Shown one piece after another: positions 1 through 7,857 of a stretch of DNA of 11,827 nucleotides. The position numbers and the translations under genes are program-made. How positions within the stretch are numbered: the first letter of the stretch is position 1; each line of letters begins with the position of its first letter. The notes beneath the pieces are model-generated. The model had not been told where the DNA came from. It saw only the letters and a program-made list of their open reading frames with translations, and did no database searches. This stretch comes from Candidatus Nanopusillus sp. (GTDB lineage: Archaea > Nanobdellota > Nanobdellia > Nanobdellales > Nanobdellaceae), in contig DAIUEN010000017.1 of NCBI GenBank assembly GCA_036845085.1, positions 1-11,827 of the forward strand, given 5' to 3'.

Positions 1-40
1 ATAAAAAAACTTATAAAAATTTCTATAAAAATAACTAATA

Positions 41-856
41 ATGAGTGACTACAATATAAGTCTTGATGATATATTAGAAGAAAGATTTAATTATTTTATG
101 GAATTTTTAAAAAGAGAAGGGATAAATAAAAAAGTTATACTTGTTACAAGTTTATCTCCAAGTATTACTTTACCAGCCCTTACCATGCTTTTAGGATCTA
201 TTGCTGAGTTCTTGAACATGATAAATAATGACACGATCTATATACCAATTCCCATGTTAACTACACTCCCTATTATTTTTTATTTATTATATGAACATAA
301 AAATTCCTATGCAGCTTATTTACCATTACTTAGAATAATCAATGTACGAGTAAATACCTTAGAGAGCGATATAAATAATATATCAGAAAAATTGGTAGGA
401 AAAAATATTAATAATAATTTTTTAATATTACTAGATGTTTCTGGAGATAATACTATTGTATATCCAATACTTGTAAGAGACGTTAATGATGCTAAAAGAA
501 CGCTAGCACTATCATTTGTTGATATAATACTTTCTCATGAAATATCTCATGCTCTGGTTGGATCCAGTGAAATAAAGGCATCTAGTTTAGGTTATTTAAT
601 GTTTTATATTACTAGAGGAGATGAAAAGCAATATATTGAAAAATATATACCAAGGAATCTACTTAAATGTAAAGAATACATAAATAATAACAAAAAGTAT
701 GATCAATATATTATTGGCGAGTGTTTTGCAAATGTTATGCTAAATGAAAATAAAAATATTAATGTAAAAGAAAAAATAGAGTATATAAAGTCATTAAAAG
801 ATAACGATATTATCAGAATAGTAGAGTCTCGTTTGACCGAGTATAACATTAGTTGA
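41..856 (+). CDS. Hypothetical protein with a single HExxH motif; possible membrane-associated zinc metallopeptidase, family not recognised
   Basis: 271-codon ATG ORF on a purine-rich sense strand, like all confident genes here. Two hydrophobic stretches lie near the N-terminus (LPALTMLLGSIAEFL and IPIPMLTTLPIIFYLLY). HEISH is at aa 166-170 (nt 536-550). The metallopeptidase idea rests on this motif alone. Confidence 0.6.
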   Translation: MSDYNISLDDILEERFNYFMEFLKREGINKKVILVTSLSPSITLPALTMLLGSIAEFLNMINNDTIYIPIPMLTTLPIIFYLLYEHKNSYAAYLPLLRIINVRVNTLESDINNISEKLVGKNINNNFLILLDVSGDNTIVYPILVRDVNDAKRTLALSFVDIILSHEISHALVGSSEIKASSLGYLMFYITRGDEKQYIEKYIPRNLLKCKEYINNNKKYDQYIIGECFANVMLNENKNINVKEKIEYIKSLKDNDIIRIVESRLTEYNIS

Positions 857-894
857 AATATTTAAAAGATTTTCTAAGTTAAGATATAAAATGA

Positions 895-2511
895 GTGTTG
901 ATCGGAAGATTTGAAAATGGAGATTTTTTTAAAAATTACGATAGTCCTATATTAAATTCTGATTCACATCATGCTATGGTAGATAAAGATCTATATAAAA
1001 CTGGCTTGGAGATAGATATAGTAAATAGGTTGAAAATATTGGAAGAAATGAAGAAAAAGGGTTATAATCCATATCCATACGAATTCGATAAGACAAATGA
1101 TATAAAAGAAATAATAAGAGATCCAGAAAAGTTTATAGATAAATATGTAAAAGTAGCTGGTAGAGTTTTTTCAATAAGGAAACATGGTAGAATAATATTT
1201 TATGATTTATATGAAGAAGGAGAAAAGTTACAAGTTGTAGTAAAAGCAGATATTACTAAGAATTTTGAAGATGCATCAAAGTTTATTCAAAGAGGAGATA
1301 TAGTTGGATTTTATGGAAAAATAGGTAGAACAAAGGCTGGAGAGTTATCTTTATTTTCAGAAGATTGGATTATCTTGTCTAAAGCTCTAATATCTCTACC
1401 AGATTTGTGGTTTGGGTTAGAAGATGTAGATGAAAGATATAGAAAAAGGTATTTGGATATTTTGATGAATAAAAATGTGAGGAAAATATTTGAACTTAAA
1501 TCTAAAACAATAAGTTATATAAGGAAGTATTTTGAGGATTTGGGATATATTGAAATACAAACTCCGGTATTACAACCGGTTTATGGTGGAGCTAATGCCA
1601 GACCATTTATAACATATGTAAATGATCTAAAAGAAAATTGGTATTTAAGGATAGCTACAGAATTATATCTAAAAAGAATGCTTGTTGCCGGATTCAATAA
1701 AGTATTTGAAATAGGGCCAGATTTTAGAAATGAATCTATTGATGTTACACATAATCCAGAATTTACAATGTTAGAAGCATATGAAGCTTATATAAATAGA
1801 GATAAAATGATGGAAATAACAGAAAATCTTGTATATGGAATAGCTAAAGATGTATTTGGAATAGAATACATAGAATATGAAGGTAAAAAAATATATTTAA
1901 AACCACCTTGGAAAAGATTGACCATGTATGATGCATTAAAAGAATATGCGGGATTAGATGTTGCTAAAATGTCGGATGAAGAGATAATGGAGATAATGAG
2001 ACAATATAACATAGAGATGGAAGTAAAAAAATATAACAGAGGTCTGGCTATAACAGAATTATTTGAAACTTTGGTAGAAGATAAATTAATAGAACCTACT
2101 TTTATAATAGAGCATCCTAAAGAAAGTACTCCATTATGTAAACTTAGTAGGAGAGATCCAAATTTGGTAGAGAGAGCAGAGGCTTATCTACTTGGAGTAG
2201 AGATCGCAAACATATATTCAGAATTGAATGATCCAATAATACAAAACGAATTACTATTGGAACAAGCTAAGATGAGAGAATTAGGATTTGAAGAAGCACA
2301 TGAATATGATCAAGATTTTATAGAAGCTTTAATGTATGGTATGCCACCTGCGGGTGGAATGGGTCTTGGAGTAGATAGGTTAATAATGTTATTATTGGGT
2401 TTAAAAAGTATAAAAGAAGTAATACTATTTCCAATGATGAAAAAATTAAATTATTCCGAAGCGGTCAATATATTAACAAAGTATACATTAAACAAAGAAG
2501 AAAATAATTAG
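895..2511 (+). CDS. lysS: Lysyl-tRNA synthetase, class II
   Basis: Shows class II LysRS hallmarks: an N-terminal helix then GYNPYPYEF, an OB-fold anticodon-binding region, FRNESIDVTHNPEFTMLEAY (motif 2 region) and GMPPAGGMGLGVDRLIMLL (motif 3 region). The ORF-track start is GTG at 895. An in-frame ATG at 976 (MVDKDLYKTG...) gives a more typical N-terminus, so the 5' end is uncertain. Confidence 0.92.
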   Translation: MLIGRFENGDFFKNYDSPILNSDSHHAMVDKDLYKTGLEIDIVNRLKILEEMKKKGYNPYPYEFDKTNDIKEIIRDPEKFIDKYVKVAGRVFSIRKHGRIIFYDLYEEGEKLQVVVKADITKNFEDASKFIQRGDIVGFYGKIGRTKAGELSLFSEDWIILSKALISLPDLWFGLEDVDERYRKRYLDILMNKNVRKIFELKSKTISYIRKYFEDLGYIEIQTPVLQPVYGGANARPFITYVNDLKENWYLRIATELYLKRMLVAGFNKVFEIGPDFRNESIDVTHNPEFTMLEAYEAYINRDKMMEITENLVYGIAKDVFGIEYIEYEGKKIYLKPPWKRLTMYDALKEYAGLDVAKMSDEEIMEIMRQYNIEMEVKKYNRGLAITELFETLVEDKLIEPTFIIEHPKESTPLCKLSRRDPNLVERAEAYLLGVEIANIYSELNDPIIQNELLLEQAKMRELGFEEAHEYDQDFIEALMYGMPPAGGMGLGVDRLIMLLLGLKSIKEVILFPMMKKLNYSEAVNILTKYTLNKEENN

Positions 2512-2572
2512 TTATAATATAAAATTTTTAAATTTTTTTGTACATAATTTTTTCTATGGTCATACGGTTTAG

Positions 2573-3403
2573 ATAATTACTTATGTCGGTTCTGGTAAAA
2601 TATACTACCTAGGTCCAGAGTATAGTTTTTCTCATGAGGCTGCATTAAGTTTATGTGGAAAAAGTTATGAATATAGTTATGTAGAAAGTATTTCCGAGAT
2701 ATTTGAAAGAGTTAATAAAGAAGATTCTTGTGGAGTTATACCATTAGAAAATAGTTTAGAAGGGCCAATACATGAGAGTCTAGATAATTTATTCATTTAC
2801 GAAAATATTTTTATTAATAGTATTTATATAAAAAAGATAGAACTGTTTTTAGCTTCTTCTGATGGAGATCTTAAAGATACTTTATATACTAATTATTATG
2901 CATTCAAAGAAGCTGGGAAATATATAAGAGATTTTAATTTCAAAAATGTAGAATTTGTTCCCAGTACTTCAAAAGCTGCAAGATTAGCAGCATATAATAA
3001 TGGAGTGTGCATATGTTCAAAATTAGCTGTAGAAAATTATAATTTAAAGGTAATCAAGGAAATACATAATGAAAATAACTATACTAAATTCTCTTTAATA
3101 TCTAAAAATCCCACTTATAGTGGAGAGAGATCTCTAATAATATTTACTATAGAAAATAAGCCAGGATCTTTATATAAAGTTTTAAGGGTATTTTATGAAG
3201 GGAAAATAAATCTTTCTATGATATACTCTAGGCCACTTTTTAAGATATCTAAAGAAAATAATAAAAATATTAATAGAAAAATGCCATGGGAATATTACTT
3301 TTATTTAGAATATGAAGGACCGTATATTGATAGATTGATTAAAAAATTAGAAAATATAACTGAAAAAATAAAATTTAAAGGGTCTTATAATATTATTTTT
3401 TAA
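2573..3403 (+). CDS. pheA: Prephenate dehydratase (PDT domain plus ACT domain) with a defective or non-canonical 5' end; possibly frameshifted or a pseudogene
   Basis: The frame open from 2573 reads ...GKIYYLGPEYSFSHEAA...GVIPLENSLEGPI...STSKAARLAA (PDT domain). It continues with SLIIFTIENKPGSLYKVLRVFYEGKINLSMIYSRP...WEYYFYLEYEG (ACT regulatory domain). The ORF track reports only the C-terminal 132 aa because there is no ATG, GTG or TTG in this frame between the TAG at 2570-2572 and the GTG at 3005. An ATG at 2583 lies in the adjacent frame. Confidence 0.78.
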   Translation: MITYVGSGKIYYLGPEYSFSHEAALSLCGKSYEYSYVESISEIFERVNKEDSCGVIPLENSLEGPIHESLDNLFIYENIFINSIYIKKIELFLASSDGDLKDTLYTNYYAFKEAGKYIRDFNFKNVEFVPSTSKAARLAAYNNGVCICSKLAVENYNLKVIKEIHNENNYTKFSLISKNPTYSGERSLIIFTIENKPGSLYKVLRVFYEGKINLSMIYSRPLFKISKENNKNINRKMPWEYYFYLEYEGPYIDRLIKKLENITEKIKFKGSYNIIF

Positions 3404-3414
3404 CTAAGTAAAGG

Positions 3415-4725
3415 TTAAGGGAATAATCTTTTTGGATCTCTTGCTATGAATACAGCTTCTTTTATATTTTCTATATTTAATAATTGTTTTACAAATCTTG
3501 CAGGTCCAAATCCAAAACCACCCATGGGTGGAGATCCATATTCGAAAAATTCTACAAAAAATCTTAGATTATCTATATTCAATCCTTTTTGTTTTATTTG
3601 TTCTATTAGGATATTATATCTATGTTCTCTTTGAGATCCAGTTGTTATTTCTAATCCTTTAAATAACAGGTCAAAACTTTTAGTAGTTTCTCTTCCATCT
3701 TTCATAGGTTCTCCTTTCATATGATAAAAAGGTCTTGCTGTCCAAGGCCAATCGGTTATAAATACGAAATCAGAGTCATATTCTTTTTTAACATATTCTC
3801 CTAAAACTTTTTCTCCTTCTGAACTAATATCTCCATTTTCTTTTATATATTTTTTATCTAATATTTCATATACTTCTTCCATTTTTATTCTTGGAATTTT
3901 ATTTTTTAAAGAAACCTCAATATTATATTTTTCTTTTAGTTTTTCGATAGTATATTTTATCATTTTTTCTTCTAAATCCATTATATCATGATGAGATGAA
4001 ATATAACCCATTTCTATATCTACAGATGTAAATTCAGTTAAATGTCTAGAAGTAAAAGATGGTTCGGCTCTAAAGGCTGGTGCTATTTCGAAAACCCTTT
4101 CAAAACCAGCTATTATTGCTAATTGTTTATAAAATTGTGGGGATTGAGCTAAATATGCTGTTTTTTCAAAGTATTTCACTTCAAAAACTTCAGCCCCACC
4201 TTCTGACGGATATCCTAATATCTTGGGAGAAAATATTTCTATGAAATCATTTTCATAAAGAAATTCTCTTATATGTTTTATAGAATCAGAAAATATATCA
4301 ATTACTATAGATTTTTTCGGATCTCTTAAATCTATCCATCTATAGTCTAATCTTTTTTCGAAAGAGGAATTTTCATCTATTGGCAGAGGTTTTGCAATAT
4401 TTCCTAATAAGTATATTTCTTTAGCTAAAATCTCTTTATATTTCTTAGCTATTCCTTTTATATATTCTCCTCTTACTACTATAAAAGTATGAGCAGATAA
4501 GTCTTTTAAAAAATCTATATTTCCAAAAATATCTTTTTTTATTGTTATTTGTACATCTCCACTTTTATCTCTTAATATTAAAAATCCAATATTTCCCAAA
4601 ATTTTTATATTTATAATCCATCCTGCTAAGACAACTTCTTTTTCATATTCTATTTTTTCTAAGTCTTTTATTTTAATTCTATTTTTTAGTAGTTCTGAAG
4701 CTTTATTATAGTCATATATGTTCAT
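3415..4725 (-). CDS. aspS: Aspartyl-tRNA synthetase, archaeal/eukaryal type
   Basis: 436 aa. Has an OB-fold N-domain (VVLAGWIINIKILGNIGFLILRDKSGDVQI), QSPQFYKQ, motif 2 FRAEPSFTSRHLTEFTSVDIEM, motif 3 GSPPMGGFGFGPARFV and a C-terminal RDPKRLFP. Its ATG shares one base with the stop of the upstream minus-strand gene (TAATG read on the minus strand at 4727-4723). Confidence 0.93.
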   Translation of the reverse strand: MNIYDYNKASELLKNRIKIKDLEKIEYEKEVVLAGWIINIKILGNIGFLILRDKSGDVQITIKKDIFGNIDFLKDLSAHTFIVVRGEYIKGIAKKYKEILAKEIYLLGNIAKPLPIDENSSFEKRLDYRWIDLRDPKKSIVIDIFSDSIKHIREFLYENDFIEIFSPKILGYPSEGGAEVFEVKYFEKTAYLAQSPQFYKQLAIIAGFERVFEIAPAFRAEPSFTSRHLTEFTSVDIEMGYISSHHDIMDLEEKMIKYTIEKLKEKYNIEVSLKNKIPRIKMEEVYEILDKKYIKENGDISSEGEKVLGEYVKKEYDSDFVFITDWPWTARPFYHMKGEPMKDGRETTKSFDLLFKGLEITTGSQREHRYNILIEQIKQKGLNIDNLRFFVEFFEYGSPPMGGFGFGPARFVKQLLNIENIKEAVFIARDPKRLFP

Positions 4726-5468
4726 TAAAAATAAATACTATGAAATTTTTTTATTTTCATATAAGTATCTATCATACCATGAAGTTCTTTATATATTATT
4801 ACTAGTTTGTCATGAAAGTCAACTTCTGTATAATTACATATACATAATGGAGTATCTTTATTAGAATCTCTATAATTAAAATACTCAGCTAAAGCGTCTT
4901 TACAGTCTATCTCTTTCATCTTTTTAATAAGAATTTTTTCAAATAAGGCAAAATTTTCTTTCACATATTTTTCTAGTTTTTTCCTTAAAATATCATATTC
5001 TGAAAAATCATTTAGTAACATTTTGGTATAATAATCTATTACAAAAATTGGTTTTTCTATAGAATATAATAAAATTACATCTGCAGTTTCTTTGCCAATA
5101 CCTTTTATTTTTAGTAAATTATTTCTTAAATAAAATAAATCTTCTTTTCTCATATTTTTAATAGAGCCGAAGTTTTCTAATATAAATTTTGCTACATTTC
5201 TTATTGTCTCTGCTTTTCTTTTTTTAAAAGGTACTTTTATTAAATCTTCTCTAATTCTTATTAAATTTTCTAGGCTAAATTCAAAATTAATAAGTTTCAA
5301 TAAATTTATATTTTTTTCTACAAGAGACCATTTTGTATTTTGTGTTAATATAGAACCAACTAATACTTCTACTCTCCAATCACCATTAGTTTTAATATTA
5401 TACTCTAAATCAACTGGCCACCAAAAGGAGAAACCCCAATTTTTAAAGATATTAAGTATTATATCCAT
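4725..5468 (-). CDS. HhH-GPD superfamily DNA glycosylase-like protein (endonuclease III-related), without a recognisable Fe-S cluster loop
   Basis: 247 aa. Has WWP near the N-terminus, VLVGSILTQNTKW, the helix-hairpin-helix KIKGIGKETADVILLY with the Lys in the EndoIII position, and an Asp-containing PIFVIDYYT. The C-terminus ends after YKELHGMIDTYMKIKK... with no Cx6Cx2Cx5C motif. Confidence 0.8.
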   Translation of the reverse strand: MDIILNIFKNWGFSFWWPVDLEYNIKTNGDWRVEVLVGSILTQNTKWSLVEKNINLLKLINFEFSLENLIRIREDLIKVPFKKRKAETIRNVAKFILENFGSIKNMRKEDLFYLRNNLLKIKGIGKETADVILLYSIEKPIFVIDYYTKMLLNDFSEYDILRKKLEKYVKENFALFEKILIKKMKEIDCKDALAEYFNYRDSNKDTPLCICNYTEVDFHDKLVIIYKELHGMIDTYMKIKKFHSIYF

Positions 5469-5496
5469 TTTTAAGGTTTATGTTAAATTAATAAAA
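5469..5496. promoter_or_regulatory. Ultra-short (28 bp) divergent intergenic region between the HhH-GPD gene (-) and dcd (+)
   Basis: TTTTTAAG at 5468-5475 lies about 25 nt upstream of the dcd ATG at 5497. The reverse complement of 5484-5497 (TTTTTATTAATTTA) lies about 25 nt upstream of the minus-strand ATG at 5468. Confidence 0.3.
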
Positions 5497-6111
5497 ATGT
5501 TGTTAAATGATAAAAAAATAAAGGAATATATAAAAAGTGGAAAAATAGTTGTAGATCCATTTGACGAAAATTTAGTAGGACCATCCTCTTTAGATATTAG
5601 AATAGGTTTCAAATTTAGGGTATTTAAAACTATAAACATGGAAGTTTTAGATATAATGAACTATAATGACGATGTTTTATATAGAATTGAAGATAAAAAT
5701 TATACAATTCATGTTGGAAAATATTCAGATTTATATATATTAAAAAATGAAAATACTCCGATAGTAATTCATCCTGGCGAATTTATTTTAGCATCTGTAT
5801 ACGAATATATAAGATTGCCGAAGAATATTGCTGCTCAAATACATGGTAGATCTTCTATAGGCAGATTAGGGTTATTAATTCATACTTCTGCTGGATGGAT
5901 AGATCCAGGATATGGTGGTCATCTTACTCTAGAAATAATAAATGTAAATAAATTTCCAATAAAAATATATCCATTGACTAAAGTTGGTCAAATTGTTTTC
6001 TATGAAATAGAAGATGTAGAAATACCGTATGATCAAAGGAAGAGCTCAAAATATATGAATGAGGAAGGAGCTACATATTCATTAATATCTCGAGATTTTG
6101 ATAAAAAATAA
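5497..6111 (+). CDS. dcd: dCTP deaminase family protein (possibly a bifunctional dCTP deaminase/dUTPase, as in some archaea)
   Basis: 204 aa. N-terminus is MLLNDKKIKEYIKSGKIVVDPFDENLVGPSSLDIRIG. The core is HGRSSIGRLGLLIHTSAGWIDPGYGGHLTLEIIN, the characteristic Dcd/dUTPase-fold signature. Confidence 0.92.
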   Translation: MLLNDKKIKEYIKSGKIVVDPFDENLVGPSSLDIRIGFKFRVFKTINMEVLDIMNYNDDVLYRIEDKNYTIHVGKYSDLYILKNENTPIVIHPGEFILASVYEYIRLPKNIAAQIHGRSSIGRLGLLIHTSAGWIDPGYGGHLTLEIINVNKFPIKIYPLTKVGQIVFYEIEDVEIPYDQRKSSKYMNEEGATYSLISRDFDKK

Positions 6112-6143
6112 CTTTTAAATTTATTTTTTAAATAAAGATTCTT
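6112..6143 (+). promoter_or_regulatory. Putative TATA box/promoter for the rpl18e-rpl13 unit
   Basis: TTTTAAAT at 6113-6120 is centred about 27 nt upstream of the ATG at 6144, consistent with a leaderless transcript. No SD-like sequence is present. Confidence 0.3.
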
Positions 6144-6509
6144 ATGGTAAAAAGGACAGGTCCTACCAACATATATTTAAGAAAATTAATTGCTATGCTT
6201 AAGAAAGAAGGAAAGAAAAATGGAGCAAGGATTTGGTTTTATGTTGCAAAACTATTAAGTAAACCAACTAGGAATAGAGTCGAAGTTAATTTATATAAGA
6301 TAAACAAATATTCTAAAGATGGAGAAACTATTTTAGTTCCTGGAAAAGTTTTGGGAGTAGGTTATGTAAGTAAAAATATAAAAATAGCTGCATGGAAATT
6401 CTCAAATAATGCTATCGAAAAGTTATCTAAAAATAATATTAAAATAATGAACATAGAGGAGCTTGTAAAGGAAAATCCTAAAGGATCTAATGTAAGAATA
6501 TTAATATGA
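6144..6509 (+). CDS. rpl18e: 50S ribosomal protein L18e (eL18)
   Basis: 121 aa. Shows TGPTN, IW..VAKLLSKPTRNRVEVNLYKINKY, VPGKVLG and a C-terminal ENPKGSNVRILI, the typical archaeal L18e pattern. Its stop overlaps the next start as ATGA at 6506-6509. Confidence 0.93.
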   Translation: MVKRTGPTNIYLRKLIAMLKKEGKKNGARIWFYVAKLLSKPTRNRVEVNLYKINKYSKDGETILVPGKVLGVGYVSKNIKIAAWKFSNNAIEKLSKNNIKIMNIEELVKENPKGSNVRILI

Positions 6510-6961
6510 TGGTTATTGGAAAAAAATATATAAATGCAGAAAATCAGGTTATTGGAAGATTAGCTTCTAAAGTAGCAAAGTTGGCGTTAATGGGGTATGA
6601 GATCTATATATTTAATGCTGAAAAATCTGTGATAACTGGTGATTGGTATTTCTTAGTTAAATATTGGAATCATAAAGTAAATGAAAGAGGAGATTGGTTA
6701 AAGGGACCATTTTATCCTACTAGACCTGATAAAATATTAAGAAGAGTTATTAGAGGTATGTTGCCTAAAAATTATCGTGGAAGAATAGCTTTGAAAAGGG
6801 TAAAAGTATTTTTAGGAGTACCAGAAGAATATAAAAATGTAACATTGGAAACTTTTAAAGATGCTGACATTACAGAAAGGATAAAAAAGTCTAAGAGGAG
6901 AATAAAATACTACTATCTAATTGATATATCTAAGCAAATAGGTTATAATCCTTCTGAATAG
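6506..6961 (+). CDS. rpl13: 50S ribosomal protein L13 (uL13)
   Basis: 151 aa. Shows IGRLASKVAKLALMGYEIYIFNAEKSVITG and RPDKILRRVIRGMLPKNYRGRIALKRVKVFLGVP, a clear uL13 pattern. The ATGA overlap with rpl18e suggests translational coupling. Confidence 0.95.
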   Translation: MMVIGKKYINAENQVIGRLASKVAKLALMGYEIYIFNAEKSVITGDWYFLVKYWNHKVNERGDWLKGPFYPTRPDKILRRVIRGMLPKNYRGRIALKRVKVFLGVPEEYKNVTLETFKDADITERIKKSKRRIKYYYLIDISKQIGYNPSE

Positions 6962-6995
6962 TGTAGTTTATATTTTTATTTTATAATATATATAA
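6962..6995 (+). promoter_or_regulatory. Putative TATA box/promoter for the KaiC-like ATPase gene
   Basis: TTTATATT at 6967-6974 is centred about 25 nt upstream of the ATG at 6996. This suggests the inserted ATPase gene has its own promoter inside the ribosomal protein cluster. Confidence 0.3.
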
Positions 6996-7832
6996 ATGGA
7001 AATAAGAAGAGTTAGAACATATATTCCAGGACTAGACGAAATATTATATGGAGGAATTCCAGAAAGAAATGTTGTATTATTATCTGGAGGACCTGGAACT
7101 GGAAAATCTATTATGGCAAAACAATTCTTATATAACGGTTTAATAAATGGGGAAAATGGACTTTTTGTTACATTAGAAGAGCATCCTATATCCGTTTTAA
7201 GAAGTTTTTCGCATTTTGGATGGGATGTATCTAAATTTGAAAAAGAAGGAAAATTTGCTATAATAGATGCTTTTACTGGAGGAGTTGGTGCTTATGCTCA
7301 AAAAGAAAAATATGTTATAAAAGATTTAAATGATCTTAGAGAGTTTATAGATGTTTTGAGAACAGCTATAAGAGAAATTAATGCTAATAGAGTTGTAGTA
7401 GATTCTGTTAGTACTTTATATTTAGCTAAACCAGCAGTAGCTAGATCTACTGTTATGACATTAAAAAGAGTATTAGCTGGTTTGGGATGTACTGCAATAT
7501 TTGTTAGTCAAGTATCTGTTGGAGAAAGGGGATTTGGAGGTCCTGGTGTAGAACATGCAGTTGACGGAATAATTAGATTAGATTTGGATGAAATAGATGG
7601 AAAATTATATAGATCTATAATTGTATGGAAGATGAGAGACACTAAGATATCTATGGTTAGACATCCTTTTGATATTACAGATAAAGGAATTATAATTCAT
7701 TGGGATAAATATCTGAAAATAAGTGGATATAGAGCAGAGATTCAACCTCTTCCAGAAGAAGACATAGAAAATATGAAAAAAGCTGTTAAAGAAAGTAAGA
7801 TTGCTACAGGAAGATATGAAGAAGATTTATAA
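6996..7832 (+). CDS. KaiC-like / RecA-superfamily single-domain ATPase (COG0467-type)
   Basis: 278 aa. Begins [39 protein letters not shown], with Walker A GGPGTGKS at nt 7086-7109. A Walker B-like [11 protein letters not shown] follows, then [12 protein letters not shown]...[12 protein letters not shown]...[15 protein letters not shown]...[13 protein letters not shown]. There is an acidic C-terminal tail. Confidence 0.85.
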   Translation: MEIRRVRTYIPGLDEILYGGIPERNVVLLSGGPGTGKSIMAKQFLYNGLINGENGLFVTLEEHPISVLRSFSHFGWDVSKFEKEGKFAIIDAFTGGVGAYAQKEKYVIKDLNDLREFIDVLRTAIREINANRVVVDSVSTLYLAKPAVARSTVMTLKRVLAGLGCTAIFVSQVSVGERGFGGPGVEHAVDGIIRLDLDEIDGKLYRSIIVWKMRDTKISMVRHPFDITDKGIIIHWDKYLKISGYRAEIQPLPEEDIENMKKAVKESKIATGRYEEDL

Positions 7833-7857
7833 AATAATCTTGAAATGAAATAAAAAT

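Noticed and set aside
891-914. 7-codon mini-ORF (MSVDRKI) upstream of and overlapping the lysS start.
   Set aside because: It is too short to support as a gene. I mention it only as part of the start-site ambiguity.
1788-2012. 74-aa minus-strand ORF inside lysS.
   Set aside because: It is antisense to a confidently identified synthetase gene. It is I/S-rich with no motif and lies on the pyrimidine-rich strand.
2434-2500. C/D-box sRNA candidate seeded by ATGATGA at 2434-2440 near the lysS 3' end.
   Set aside because: No CTGA D box and no terminal complementary stem lie within the expected 50-70 nt. The ATGATGA simply encodes Met-Met in lysS.
2583-2612. Programmed -1 ribosomal frameshift as the explanation for the pheA start.
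   Set aside because: Slippage on A_AAA is mechanistically possible and gives the right peptide. However, there is no X_XXY_YYZ heptamer and no obvious downstream stimulatory structure. A homopolymer length error or a genuine mutation is simpler, so I keep slippage only as an alternative within the finding.
3446-3634. 62-aa plus-strand ORF inside aspS.
   Set aside because: It is antisense to the motif 3 region of AspRS. It is a shadow ORF with no supporting motif.
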